DNA of 64,000 nucleotides from Octopus vulgaris (GCA_951406725.2 CATOCA020000009.1:1-64000); one strand, 5' to 3'; positions 1-14,797 are shown, counted from the stretch's first letter. Numbers and translations: made by a program. Notes: a model not told the origin generated them from the sequence alone.

Positions 1-123
1 ATACATCTTAATTCACAATTTACAACTTGAATATATAAAAGCAATTCCATTTTACCATTATTATACTAGCGTTCTTCAATTAGATGGTCCCACCGTATAT
101 ACTTCATCTTCTGACGTTACTTA
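1..123. repeat. Inverted copy of 3797-3919 (runs off the left window edge)
   Basis: 1-123 is the exact reverse complement of 3797-3919 by direct comparison. Confidence 0.9.
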
Positions 124-480
124 GTAATGTCCAGAGTAATGGTCAGCAAGTAATGGGTCTATAATTGCTGGCTTCCTTTCTACTTTTCTTTGTCCTTCTC
201 TATCGGTACACACCATCAATTTTGTTATCCATTTTGGCGTTCTATTTTCTTTGCAGTCAGTAAAAACCGTTCGGATATGGCTGCGTATACTTGGGAGATT
301 TTGGAACTGAAAGCCCTCTGTACCATGTGATCCTAAGGTTTTCCAGTTTGGTATTTTCTTGGTTATCATTTTTACTTTCTTATCCATAATTGTTATATTT
401 TCTCGTGTCACCCTGTCCTCCATTTCTGTTTTAAATTCCTGCAATAAGTCAGCTTTTGTGTTACGTGGGACTTCTTTGCT
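124..480 (-). mobile_element. Decayed R4/Dong-like non-LTR retrotransposon RT-region fragment
   Basis: Translation KKIPNWKTLGSHG... plus a frameshifted NYRPITC. These parallel the WKSPGKD and NYRPITC motifs of the element at 51073-54470. Confidence 0.65.
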
Positions 481-780
481 CTAGATTTTAGAAATGTTTT
501 GTAAAGTGTCCTTCAGTTGTCACAATCAATGAGCAACATTTCTAGTAAAAGAAAAAAATACTTCTTAAATTTTTATGTGTAAAACGACGCAAAAGTCAGA
601 GTAATTGACTGCTATTTTCAGCATGATTCTAGGTCACCTGTAGACAAATATTGTTTATAGATTATTCTTAAAGTGTCCTTCAATTTTTACTTGCCGTTTT
701 AAGAATCTGGTGACACCATAAAAAGGTCAATTTCTTTTTATAAATGCTTCTGAATATTCTTCAGTTTTTACACGAAAAAC

Positions 781-870
781 AAAGGGAATTTGGCTTCTGT
801 TTCTAACATGAAAAATTACTACGTATTAGAAAAGTTCTTCTAAGTGTTTCATAAAGAATCCTTCAATTTT
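781..870 (+). repeat. Diverged dispersed repeat; second copy at ~4080-4169, weaker copy at ~600-688
   Basis: Shared blocks cttctgttt..catgaaaaattac..tattagaaaag..taagtg..taaaga.tccttcaatttt in the same order. Confidence 0.7.
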
Positions 871-1599
871 CTATGAATTTTCATGCAATTAAAAGCGATC
901 TTGATGGAAACCCTTTAGAAGAGCAAAAACACTGTGATTTATTGAGTCTCTTCTCACCAGCGACACGATTTGCCATCCGATGTGCGGAGTCGTGTAGTGA
1001 AGCTTTGTATAGAGAACCGTCTTATCCGCCGACCCCAGCAAATTATTATCTATAGCATCCCAGGGTTTCCTCTTAAGCAACGTTTCCTAGACGCGAACGC
1101 TGACCACCTCGAACCTTTCCAGTCGACGTCATCAGACCTCATCAACGTCAAATGGCTTCGTTTTCTTCGGTCGAATTCAACACGATGAAATGGATGTGAG
1201 TCGAACTGTGCAAGACAAGCCGTTTTCTATAGACATCGGATAAAGACGGCAGCAAACGATTCGAAGGCAGATATAAGACAGAGACATAGAAGGAATTTCA
1301 GTTCTCGACAATTTAAAAGCTTTCTGTCGGTAGAAAGTTAAAAATCAAGCTCTGTGTTATGGAGTCAAAAGCGTTTAAATAAATCTCACCCCAATACAGC
1401 CAGGTCCCGTCTGACTTTCTATGATCCCTTGTTAAACCAAATACACAGGGAAAACAGTGACACCCAGCTCAGTATGACTCCCTTCCGTAAAACCCTGTCT
1501 ATACATTCGTTCTTTAGCAAAAAGTTGGAGGGTCAATCTTGCTTTCTACACTGAGCAAAGGGATGACTTGACATAGGTTGATAATCTCGGCCCTTGTCT

Positions 1600-2120
1600 C
1601 CTTCGGTATATTCATCCCTTCGATGTATGTCTGTGACTGGGTAACCTATCTTCTCTTCCAAGTCATATGTAGGACCCTCCACACCCGATAGAGTAGCTTC
1701 CAGCAATCCTTATAGACATTGTAAACCATTCTACTATGCTGTGATAAATCTCACCATCTCTATCACTTTTCCCATTTCACTTATGCCCGGCTCCTTCAGA
1801 TTCCATTCTACTGTTGGTTCTGACAGTGTAAGCAGTACCTTGCCAGGACCCAGCAGCTGGTCCCTCCTAATGTCACTATAAATGCGCGTGAAGGGGTTGT
1901 TTTGAGGGATTTTTGGAAACAGGTTAAGTAGTCCCCTCCTCTTCTCTAAATATGGAGGTGAACCAGGAATGCCGTTGTCTACCTTGTCCTCTCTCTTTCA
2001 GCGTCACTCCATTCTGGTCAGAATGAGGAACTGGTCCCTGAAGACCACCAGAACATATGTAAGACCAGTCTTTTCACCCCACCCACCCCTCTGCTTCCTT
2101 GAACTATTTTCTGATTTCTA
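1600..2120 (+). mobile_element. Possible heavily decayed Penelope-like element 3' end (GIY-YIG tail plus 3' UTR)
   Basis: Remnant peptides KSYVG, LHTR and INAREGVVLRDFWKQV resemble the PLE C-terminal INRDEG..L...W motif. A damaged hammerhead follows at 2030-2069. Confidence 0.35.
2030..2069 (+). ncRNA. Damaged minimal type-I hammerhead ribozyme motif
   Basis: Stem I actggtc/gaccagt, core CTGAAGA (2038-2044), palindromic stem III AC-ATAT-GT and a GTA site. Stem II is lost and GAAA is reduced to GAA. Confidence 0.45.
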
Positions 2121-2381
2121 ACATAATCATAAGGTTTCAATCGATGGGGAGGGGCATAATCGATAAAATTGACCAAGGAATGCGACTGGTGCATTATTCT
2201 ATTGTCCAGAGAAGGATGAAAGTTGACTTGGAGCAGTTTTAAATCTAAAATTCTGACTTAACAAACGTAATTAAAAGACTAAGGGAAGTAAATTAAATCT
2301 GTTTGTTTTTTGCTTTTTTTCTTCTTTTTGATGTAATCAGTAATGGATGCGTTCTTTCCTTCGGGTTTATTATTCTTATTA

Positions 2382-2429
2382 CTTTATGAAGAGGTCACAG
2401 GATTTGTGACGAAAGATTTCCAGACAAAG
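2382..2429 (+). ncRNA. Damaged minimal hammerhead motif
   Basis: (A)TGAAGA-G, stem II gtcaca/tgtgac, GAAA, near-palindromic AGATTT, then C. C3 and part of the 5' strand of stem I appear deleted. Confidence 0.5.
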
Positions 2430-2665
2430 GACATGAAATAAAAAGAATTTTGTATGATTCATTTGCTTCTGAAAAGTCCTGTGATCGGATTTGGTTGACG
2501 GACACTGAAAGAAGTCCGTCGGAGGCAGCGTGTGCGTGCGGGCGAGCGCGTACCCGTCCGATGAAATACGTTGTCACGTGGTTAGTGGATGCGAGAGGTG
2601 AAGAGAACGAGAGAAATTGATGACAACATGGAGAGGAGAAAGGCTGGGTTCAAAAGTTTGTTGAA

Positions 2666-2668
<3 letters not shown>

Positions 2669-2760
<92 letters not shown>
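2669..2760. repeat. Compound (AG)n(TG)n microsatellite
   Basis: Directly visible. Confidence 0.95.
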
Positions 2761-2764
<4 letters not shown>

Positions 2765-3182
2765 AGGGAGCGGGGAGAGAAATATAAAATGCTTAGCAGA
2801 GGGAAAATTTAAACATGGTATAATGGTAAGAAACTGTCAAAGAGGCTGAAAAGCAGAGGGACTCCAGAGAAGAGAAACCCAACACGAGGGTAAGTGTTTC
2901 GGCCCTTGACTTATTGGTGGTGGTGCATGTGATGGTGGTGATGGTAACGAAATGGCGTGGGAAATGGTGTAAAGAGACGTACAGGGTCGAATCACTAGAA
3001 GAAGCCCAGGAAATGTAACGTGGAAGCGAAAATATGAACCAAAGAGTATAGAGTGAGTATTTACAAAAGATAAGAGAACGTGTTCATGATGGAATAGAAA
3101 AGGAAGATGAGAGACAACATCCCCCCCCCAAAAAAAAAACTGTAAACATTTCGTTGAAAATTATAATATTGGTGACATAAAT

Positions 3183-3330
3183 ATTCTTTTCTACTCTAAG
3201 CACAAGGCCCTAAATTTTAGGGGAGAGGGCCAGTCGATTAGATCGACCTCAGTACGCAGTTAATTTATTGACCCCGAAAGGATGAAAGGCAAAGTCGACC
3301 TCGGCGAAATTTGAACTCAGAACGAAGGTG
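3183..3330 (-). mobile_element. SINE fragment (Meta-domain-like core)
   Basis: Reverse complement contains gttctgagttcaaatt (B-box-like) and gcctttcatcctttcggggtc. Homologous copies at 32571-32770 and 38733-39145. Confidence 0.8.
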
Positions 3331-3749
3331 ACAAATATTCTCTGAAAATATTGGGGAAGCTTTTCGATTTCTAAATGAGCCTCTGAACTGCTGAAAGAAC
3401 GGGTAAGTTATGATCCCTTTCAAAAGAACTGAAAGTTTATTTTTAATGCAAAAAATGCAGAATTGATCTTTTCGTAAAAATTTAGGCTCTAGAATTGTTC
3501 CTTTTCGTTTGCTTCGTTTGGGGCGAAAATAAGTACCCCTGAAAAATAGGGTCCTTATTTTTCAGGGACAAACTTATGATACCATATCTACACTCGACCC
3601 TGAAAACCTAAGCCCATAGAATAGTCAATTATATTTAATTAACACTAATGAAGCATTGCAACAGCAGATGACAGGTCCACAAAATTCTCAATATTTAGCT
3701 AACATGATGGATATTATTCAAAATTTAATAATTCTTATGATTAGATATA

Positions 3750-3985
3750 TAAAAAATGCGTTCGGTGCCAGGGGATCAACTGAAGGAGCTCGTCCGTAAG
3801 TAACGTCAGAAGATGAAGTATATACGGTGGGACCATCTAATTGAAGAACGCTAGTATAATAATGGTAAAATGGAATTGCTTTTATATATTCAAGTTGTAA
3901 ATTGTGAATTAAGATGTATATGAAAATAACGACAATTTCACGAGCTTTAATATGGTAAACAACCTTACAGCGTAACATTCAACAT
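3750..3985. repeat. Short interspersed repeat containing the inverted copy of 1-123
   Basis: 3797-3919 equals the reverse complement of 1-123; flanks are AT-rich. Confidence 0.75.
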
Positions 3986-4495
3986 ATAAATATAAAATTA
4001 AAAATAAACATTATTTTGTGTAATTTCAGAATGATTTGCAAAGTTTTTTTTTTTTGGCTTTATTGACTAACATAAAGGTAAGGTAAATGTGACTTCTGTT
4101 TGTAGCATGAAAAATTACCACATATTAGAAAAGACCTTATAAGTGATTCTTAAAGAGTCCTTCAATTTTAAAGTTACCTAATAGTTATGATGGGTAAGAG
4201 AGAACGAGCTGAATGGCACCACGTACCTAGTCAGAAACTACATTAGACCTAACAGATTTCGGTTGATGCAGTGACCAGCGCTGTCGCCCGACCTAAATAC
4301 CATCGAAAATCGTTGAGAATGGTTGGGTAGAGCTGTGAAAAGTATTAAGACAAAGAATAAGGAGAATTGTTGTTTAACATTATTAGCCAAAAGTGGGAAA
4401 AAATCTCCGCAACAGTGATAAATGATCTGAACTTTTCTATGTTTCGCAGATGCAAAGCTGTATTAAGTAATTTTGGGTTAAGTAATTTTTCAAAT

Positions 4496-5665
4496 ACACA
4501 GATACACACATACATACATACATACATGCATACACAGATGCATACATACATATATAAAAACATATATACATACATACATACATACATACATACATACATA
4601 CGTACATACATGCATACATACATATATACATACATACATACATACATACAGACATACATACATACATACATACATACATACATGCATACACAGATGCATA
4701 CATACATATATAAAAACATATATACGTACATACATGCATACATACATATATACATATATACATACATACATACATACATACATACGTACACACATTCATA
4801 CATACATACACACATACATACATACATGTGTGTACGCATGTACGTGTGAATGTACTTATGTATGCATGTATGTGTATATATATCTATGCGTTTATGCATG
4901 TTTTTATGTACATGTATAAGTACGTATGTACCTATGTATGTGTGTATGTACATAAATTCATACATGCATACATTCTTACATCCATAAATACATTCATACA
5001 TGCATACATACATTCATGCATGCATTCATACATACATGCATATATACATACATACATACATACATGCATACATTCATACATGCATTCATACATACATGCA
5101 TACGTATATACATACATACATACATACATACATACATACATAAATACATTCATACATACATACATTCATACATACATACATACATACATACATACATACA
5201 TACATACATACATACATTCATACATACATTCATACATACATTCATACATACATTCATACATTCATACATACATACATACATACATACATACATACATACA
5301 TACATACATTCATACATACATACATACATACATACATACATACATACATACATACATACATACATACATACATACATACATACATACATACATACATGCA
5401 TACATACATACATACATACATACATACATACATACATACATACATACATACATACATACATACATTCATACATACATACATACATACATTCATACATACA
5501 TTCATACATACATACATACATACATACATACATACATACATACATACATACATTCATACATACATTCATACATACATACACAATCAAATACAGATATGAA
5601 TACATGCATACGGGCACACACATACATACATACATACATACACACATACATACACACATATACGT
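4496..5665 (+). repeat. (CATA)n tetranucleotide array, opposite orientation to the 19-kb array
   Basis: Directly visible. Internal duplication with 156-bp period (4525-4569 = 4681-4725). Confidence 0.97.
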
Positions 5666-5732
5666 TTATACAGTCACATATTTATGTTCTTTTCAATTGT
5701 TTGAGTCATTGAATTGCGTTTTCCAAAACTTC

Positions 5733-5780
<48 letters not shown>

Positions 5781-6116
5781 GGGGGAGCATCATAGCCATG
5801 TGTTGAGAGGGATTCTTTGGGGTTTGAATAATTCACTTCTGGAAACATGGGTGATTTTTTTCAACATCCTTAAACAACCCTTATTCAGGGACCTTTTGAG
5901 CAGGATGGGCTACTCAACCAGAAGAAAATTCTAACTGGGCCCCACCTGCAAGGTCATGTGCTGTTTATCTTTTTATGGGATCACCATGTCGCGCACATAT
6001 GGTTGTGATGCATGTGCCTGGTGTACCCTTATCAGACGGGTAGTCATGATGGGTATATTGGGCTTCATATATTTTACCCCAGTGTCACTTTGATGGCATG
6101 AACTGCTCTCTCACTC
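5781..6116 (+). mobile_element. 3' terminal fragment of a non-LTR element (probably R4/Dong-like) embedded in (TAA)n
   Basis: Flanked by (TAA)n at 5733-5780 and 6117-6200. The start resembles the ..GS(S)HVLR.. ORF terminus. A partial inverted copy lies at 39853-39968. Confidence 0.55.
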
Positions 6117-6200
<84 letters not shown>

Positions 6201-6201
<1 letters not shown>

Positions 6202-7342
6202 TTTACAGTGCTCAGGTGCACTACAACTCATCTAAAGTGTATATATAATCAGGTGTAGTGTCGGCGGATTTCGGAAAGCGTGAGGGCCTTAAAGGATGCA
6301 GTGTCATGGTAGTCAACAACTGACGCAGGCAGTTTTTTCCATGCTTCAGCAACTCTGAGCGTGAAAAAATGTTTCCAGAAGTCAGGGGAGCTGTGTTGTT
6401 TTCTGATTTTGCAGGAATGTCCACGTGTGTTAGACACATGGAGATCAAAAAGGTGTTCAGTGTTGTTGTTGGTGAGGTGGTTGATAACTTTGTGGGGGTT
6501 TACCAAGTCCGTTGCCAGACGCCGGAGCTTCAGTGAATCCATGCCCAGGGAAACAAGGCGCTCAGAATATGGTAGGTGTCTGATGGAGGGTATGCGTTTG
6601 GTTGCACGTCTCTGGACAGATTCCAGGAGGTCAATGTTCTGAGCAAGATAGGGGTTCCAAACTGATGATGCGAATTCCAAGTGTGGTCGTACAATAGCTG
6701 TATACAGTTTTAAATAGATGGCTGAAGAGCGGCTAACAAAAGACCTGCTGAGTGATGCCAAGACACTCTCGGCCTTCTTGACAATTTTAGAGATATGCTT
6801 TGTCCAACGCAAATCACTGCTGACAGTGATGCCTAGGTCACGCTCGCAAGAGGATTTCTTGATATCAGTGTTGTGGAGGGAGTATGTGAACGCAGGGTTT
6901 TTTCTCCCAAAATGCATGGTGGTACACTTGTCCACAGCCAGTTTCAGTTGCCAGTCTGTGATCCATTGCTGCATTGTGTCTAGGTCTGATTGCAGGAAAG
7001 AGTTGTAGACATCAGGATATGTCCTCTTGATTTCAAGGTACAGCTTGATGTCGTCTGCATATTTCAATACTGTGGCATTCTATAAATTGGCATCTATGTC
7101 ATTAATGTATCCCACAAACAAGAGGGGACCAAGAACAGATCCCTGTGGTACAACCGATAACATCTCATATGGTGTAGAGTGCTGTCCTAGAACTGTGACT
7201 ACCTCCTTTCGGCTGAGAATGAATGATTTCAACCAGTTAAAAAGGTCATCCCCCAAACCCATTGCAGAGAGTTTCACCATAAGCCTTTTGTGTGGCACAG
7301 AGTTGAAAGCCTTAGCAAAGTCAAGGTAGACAACATCCACCC
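6201..7342 (-). mobile_element. 5'-truncated CR1/L2-clade LINE, reverse transcriptase C-terminal half
   Basis: Motifs VDVVYLDFAKAFNSVPH, VPQGSVLGPLLF, YADDIKLY, RDLGI, RPHLEFASSVWNPY, LESVQRRATK. One in-frame TAG at 7080-7082; (ATT)n tail. Confidence 0.93.
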
Positions 7343-7527
7343 ATGTATGTATGTATGTATGCATGCATGCATGTATGTATGTATGTATGTGTGTATGTAT
7401 GTATGTACGTATGTATGCATGTATGTATGTATGCATGCATGCATGTAAGTATGTGTGTATGTATGTGTGTATGTATGTATGTATGAATGTCTGTATGTCT
7501 GTATGTATGTGTGTATGTATGTATGTA

Positions 7528-7558
<31 letters not shown>

Positions 7559-10500
7559 ATGTATGTATGTATGTATGTTGTATGTATGTATGTATGTATG
7601 TATGTACGTGTGTATGTATGTATGTAAGTATGTGTGTATGTATGTATGGATGTATGTATGTGTGTATGTATGTATGTATGTATGTGTGTATGTATGTATG
7701 TATGTACATGTGTATGTATGTATATATGTATGTATGTATGTGTGTATGTATGTATGTATGAATGCATGTAAGTATGTATGTATGTATGTATGTATGTGTG
7801 TATGTATGTGTGTATGTATGTATGCATCTATGTATATATGTATGCATGTACGTATGTATGTATGTATGTATGTATGTATGTATGTATGTATGTGTGTATG
7901 TATGTATGTATGTATATATTCATGTATGTTTGTATGTATGTATGTATGTATTCATGTATGTATGCATGTATGTATATATGTATGCATGTACGTATGTATG
8001 TATGTATGTGTGTATGTATGTATGTATGTATGTATGTATGTATTATGTATGCATGTATGCATGTATGTATGTATGTATGTATGCATGTATATATGTATGA
8101 ATGTATGTAGGTATGCATGTATGTATGTATGTATGTATGTATGCTTGAATGTATGCATGTATGTATGTATGTATGTATGTACGTATGTATGTATGTATGT
8201 ATGTATGTATGTATGCATGTATGTATGTATGTATGTATGTATGTATGTATGCATGTATGTATGTATGTATGTGTGTATGTATGTATGTATGTATGTATGT
8301 ATGCATGTATGTATGTATGTATGTATGTATGTATGTATGTATGTATGTATGTATGTATGTGTGTATGTATGTATGCATGCATGTATGTGTGTATGTATGT
8401 ATGTAAGTATGTATGTATGTATGCATGTATGTATGTATGTATGCATGAATGTATGTATGTATGTATGTATGTATGTATGTATGTATGTATGTATGTATGT
8501 ATGTATGTATGTGTGTATGTATGTATGTATGTATGTGTGTATGTATGTATGTATGCATGTATGTGTGTATGTATGTATGTAAGTATGTATGTATGTATAC
8601 ATGTATGTATGTATGTATGTATGTGTGTATGTATGTATGTATGTGTGTGTCTATTATATATGTGTGTATGTATGTGTGTATGTATGTATGTATGTGTCTA
8701 TTATGTATGTGTCTATTATGTATGTATGTATGTATGTATGTATGTATGTATGTATGTGTGTATGTATGTATGTAAGTATGTGTGTATGTATGTATGTATG
8801 TGTGTATGTGTGTATGTATGTATGTATGTGTGTATGTATGTATGTATGTGTGTATGTATGCATGTATGTATGTACATGTGTATGTATGTATCTATGTATG
8901 TATGTATGTATGTATGTGTGTGTCTATTATGTATGTTTGTATGTGTGTGTGTATGTATGTATATATGCATGTGTGTATGTATGTATGTCTGTATGTATGC
9001 ATGCATGTATGTATGTATGTATGTGTGTATGTATGTATGCATGTATGTATGTATGCATCTATGTATGTATGTATGTATGCATGTATGTTTGTATGTATGG
9101 TTGTATGTATGCATGTATGTATGTATGTATGTATGCATGTATGTATGTATGTATGTATGTATGTATGTGTGTATGTATGTATGTATGTATGCATGTAAGT
9201 ATGTATGTATGTATGTATTTATGTGTGTATGTGTGTATGTATGTATGCATGTATGTATATTTGTATGCATGTACGTATGAATGTATGCATGTATGTATGT
9301 ATGTATGTATGTATGTGTGTATGTATGTATGTATGTATGTATGTATGTATTCATGTATGTATGTATGTATGCATGTATGTATGTATGTATATATGTATGT
9401 ATGTATGCATGTAGGTAGGTATAAATGTATGTATGTATGTATGTGTGTATGTAGGTATGCATGTATGTATGTATGTATGTATGTATGTATGGTTGTATGT
9501 ATGCATGTATGTATGTATGTATGTATGTATGTATGCTTGTATGTATGTATGTTTATATGTATGTATGTATTATATAGGTATGCATGTATGTGTATGTGTA
9601 TGTGTGTATGTATCTACGTATGTATGCATGTGTGTATGTATGTATGTATGCATGTATGTATGTATGTGAGTATGTATGTATGCATGTATGTATGTATGTG
9701 TATATGTATGTATGTATGCATGTATGTACGTATGTATGTATGTGTGTATGTATGTATATGTATGTATGTATGTATGTATGTGTGTATGTATGTATGTATG
9801 TATGTATGTGTGTGTCTATTATATATGTGTGTATGTGTGTGTTATGAATGTATGTATGTTTGTTTCTATGTATGTATTTATGTATGTGTGTATGTATGTA
9901 TGTATGTATGTGTGTATGTATGTATGTGTGTATGTATGTATGTATGTACATGTGTATGTATGTATGTATGTATGTATGTATGTATGTATGTATGTATGTA
10001 TGTATGTATGTGTGTCTATTATGTATGTGTGTATGTATGTGTATCTATGTATGTATGTATGTATGTATGTATGTATGTATGTATGTATGTATGTATGTAT
10101 GTGTATGTATGTATGTATGTATGTATGTATGTATGTATGTATGTATGTATGCATGGATGTATGTATGTATGTATGTGTGTATGGGTGTATGTATGTGTGT
10201 ATGTATGTATGCATGTATGCATGTATGTATGTATTTATGCATGTATGTATGTATGTATGTATGTATGCATGTATGTATGTATGTATGCATGTATGTATGT
10301 ATGTTTGTATGCATGTATATATGTATGTATGTATGTTTGTATGTATGTATATATGTATGTATGTATGTATGTATGCATGTATGTATGTATGTATATATGT
10401 ATGTATGTATGTTTGTATGTATGTATATATGTATGTATATATGTATGTATGCATGTATGTATGTATGTATGCATCGATGTATGTATGTATGTATGTCTGT

Positions 10501-11229
10501 ATGTATGTGTATGTATGTATGCATGTATGTATGTATGTATGTATGTATGTATGTATGTATGTATGTATGTATGTATGCATGTATGTATGTATGTATGTGT
10601 GTATGTATGTATGTATCTATGTATGTGTGTATGTATGTATGAATGTATGTGTGTGTCTATTATATATGTGTGTATGTATGTGTGTATGTATATATGTATG
10701 TATGTATGTTTGTATGTATGTATGTATGTATGTATGTATGTATGTATGTATGTATGTATGCATGTATGTATGTATGTATGTATGTAGGTATGTATGTATG
10801 CATGCATGTATCTATGTATGTATGCATGCATGTATGTATGTATGTGTGTATGTATGTATGTGTGTATGTATGTGTGTATGTATGTATGCATGTATGTATG
10901 TATGTATGTATGTATGTATGTATGTATGTATGTATGTATGTATGTATGTATGTATGTATGTATGTATGTATGTATGTATGTATGTATGTATGTATGTATG
11001 TATGTATGCATGCATGTATGTATGTATGTATGTGTGTATGTATGTGTGTATGTATGTATGCATGTATGTATGCATGTATGTATGTATGTATGTATGTATG
11101 TATGTATGTATGCATGTATGTATGTATGTATGTATGTATGTATATGTATGTATGTATGTATCTATGTATGTGTGTATGTATGTATGTATGTGTGTGTCTA
11201 TTATATATGTGTGTATGTATGTGTGTATG

Positions 11230-11263
<34 letters not shown>

Positions 11264-11359
11264 TGTATGTGTGTATGTGTGTATGTAAGTATGTGTGTAT
11301 GTATGTATGTATGTGTGTATGTATGCATGTATGTATGTATGTATGTGTATGTATGTATC

Positions 11360-11391
<32 letters not shown>

Positions 11392-11440
11392 TGTATGTGT
11401 GTGTCTATTATGTATGTGTGTATGTGTGTGTGTATGTATG

Positions 11441-11474
<34 letters not shown>

Positions 11475-12282
11475 TGTATGCATGCATGTATGTATGTATG
11501 TATGTGTTTATGTATGTATGCATGTATGTATGTATGTATGTATGCATCTATGTATGTATGTATGTATGTATGTATGTATGTATGTATGTATGTATGTATG
11601 TATGTATGTATGTATGTATGTATGTATGTATGTATGTATGTATGTATGTATGTATGTATGTATGTATGTATGTGTGTGTGTGTCTATTATGTATGTGTGT
11701 ATGTATAAGTGTATGTATGTATGTATGTATGTATGTATGTATGTATGTATGTGTGTATGTATGTATGTAAGTATGTGTGTATGTATGTATGGATGTATGT
11801 ATGTGTGTATATATGTATGTGTGTATGTATGTATGTGTGTATATATGCATGTATGTATGTATGTATGTGTGTATGTATGTATGTATGTATGTATGTATAT
11901 ATTTATGTGTGTATGTATGTATGTATGTGTGTGTCTATTATATATGTGTGTGTCTATTATATATGTGTGTATGTATTTGTGTATGTATGTATGTATGTAT
12001 GTATGTATGTATGTATGTATGTGTGTATGTATGTATGTATGTATGTATGTATGTATGTATGTATGTATGTATGTATGTATGTATGTATGTATGTGTGTGT
12101 CTATTATGTATGTGTGTATGTGTGTGTATGTATGTATATATGCATGTGTGTATGTATGTATGTCTATATGTATGCATGCATGTATGTATGTATGTATGTG
12201 TTTATGTATGTATGCATGTATGTATGTATGTATGTATGCATGTATGTATGTATGTATGTATGTATGTTTGTATGTATGGTTG

Positions 12283-12316
<34 letters not shown>

Positions 12317-14066
12317 TGTATGTATGTATGTATGTATGTATGTATGTGTGTGTGTGTCTATTATGTATGTGTGTATGTATAAGTGTATGTATGTATGTAT
12401 GTTTGTATGTATGTATGTATGTATGTACGTGTGTATGTATGTATGTAAGTATGTGTGTATGTATGTATGGATGTATGTATGTGTGTATGTATGTATGTAT
12501 GTATGTATGTATGTATATGTGTATGTATGTATATATGTATGTATGTGTGTGTCTATTATGTATGTGTGTATGTATGTGTGTATGTATGTATATTTGTATG
12601 CATGTACGTATGTATGTATGCATGTATGTATGTATGTATGTATGTATGTATGTATGTATGTATGTATGTATGTATGTATGTATGTATGTATGTATGTATG
12701 TATGTATGTATGTATGTATGTATGTATGCATGTATGTATGTATGGTTGTATGTATGCATGTATGTTTGTATGTATGCATGTATTTACGTATGTATGCTTG
12801 TATGTATGTATGTTTATATGTATGTATGTATTATGTAGGTATGCATGTATGTGTATATGTGTATGTATGCATGCATGTATGTATGTATGTATGTATGTGA
12901 GTATGTATTTATATCCATGTGTGTATGTACGTATGTCTGTATGTATGTATATATGTATGTATGTATGCATGTATGTATGTATGCATGCATACATGCATGT
13001 ATGTATGTATGTATGTGTGTATGTATGTATGTATGTATGTATGTATGCATGTATGTACGTATGTATGCATACATGCATGTATGTATGTATGTATGTGTGT
13101 ATGTATGTATGTATGTATGTATGTATGTATGCATGTATGTACGTATGTATGCATACATGCATGTATGTATGTATGTGTGTATGTATGTATGTATGTAAGT
13201 ATGTATGCATGTATGTATGTATGTATGTATGTATGTATGTATGTATGTATGTATGTATGTATGTGTGTGTCTATTATATATGTGTGTATGTGTGTGTGTA
13301 TGAATGTATGTATGCATGTATGTATGTATGTGTGTATGTATGTATGTATGTATGTATGTATGTATGTATGTATGTATGTATGTATGTATGTATGTGTGTA
13401 TGTATGTGTATGTATGTATGTATGTATGTATGTATGTATGTATGTATGCATGCATGTATGTATGTATGTCTGTGTGTATGTGTGTACGTATGTATGTATG
13501 TATGTGTGTATGTATGTATGTATGTACGCATGTATGTATGTATGTATGTGTGTATGTATGCATGTATGTCTGTATGTCTGTGTGTATGTGTGTACGTATG
13601 TATGTATGTATGTGTGTATGTATGTATGTATGTATGTGTGTGTCTATTATGTATGTGTGCATGTATGTGTGTATTTATGTATGTATGTATGTATGTGTGT
13701 GTGTTTGTATGTATGTGTTTATGTATGTATGTAAGTATGTGTGTATGTTTGTATGTATGTATGTATGTGTGTATGTATGTATGTATATGTGTGTCTATTA
13801 TGTATGTGTGTGTGTATGTGTGTATGTATGAATGCATGTGTGTATATATGTATGTGTGTATTTATGTATGTATGTATATATGCATGTATGTATGTATGTA
13901 TGAATGTATCTATGTGTGTATGTATATAGGTATGCATGTATGTATGTATGTATATATGCATGTATGTATGTATGTATGCATGCATGTATGTATGTATGTA
14001 TGTATGTATGCATACATCCATGTATGTATGTATGTATGTATGTATGTATGTATGTATGTATGGTTG

Positions 14067-14100
<34 letters not shown>

Positions 14101-14763
14101 TGTATGTATGTATGTATGTATGTGCATGTATGTATGTATGTATGTAAATATGCATGTATGTATGTAGGTATGAATGTATGTATATATGTATGTGTGTATG
14201 TATGTATGTATGTATGTATGTATGCATGTATGTATGAATGTATGTATGTATGTTTGTATGTATGTATGTATGTATGTATGTATGTATGTATGTATGTATG
14301 TATGTATGTATGTATGTATGTATGTATGCATGCATGTATGTATATATATATGTGTGTATGTATGTATGTATGTATGTAGGTATGTATGTGTGTATGTATG
14401 TATGTATTTATGTATGTGTGTGTCTATTATGTATGTGTGTATGTATGTATGTATGTGTGTATGTATGTATGTATATATGTATGTGTGTATGTATGTATGT
14501 ACGTATGTATGTACGTATGTCTGTATGTATGTATATATGTATGTATGTAGGTATGTGTGTATGTATGTATGTATGTATGTATGTATGTATGTATGTATGT
14601 ATGTATGTATGTGTGTATGTATGTGTGTATGTATGTATGTATGTATGTATTCATGTATGTATGTATGTATGCATGTATGTATGTATATATGTATGAATGT
14701 ATATATGTATGTATGTATGTAGGTATGAATGTATGTAGGTATGTATGTATGTATGTATGTATG

Positions 14764-14797
<34 letters not shown>

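Noticed and set aside
7080-7847. Apparent HTYI-repeat/RT fusion protein
   Set aside because: It is just the satellite abutting the 5'-truncated CR1, and an in-frame stop follows at 7080.
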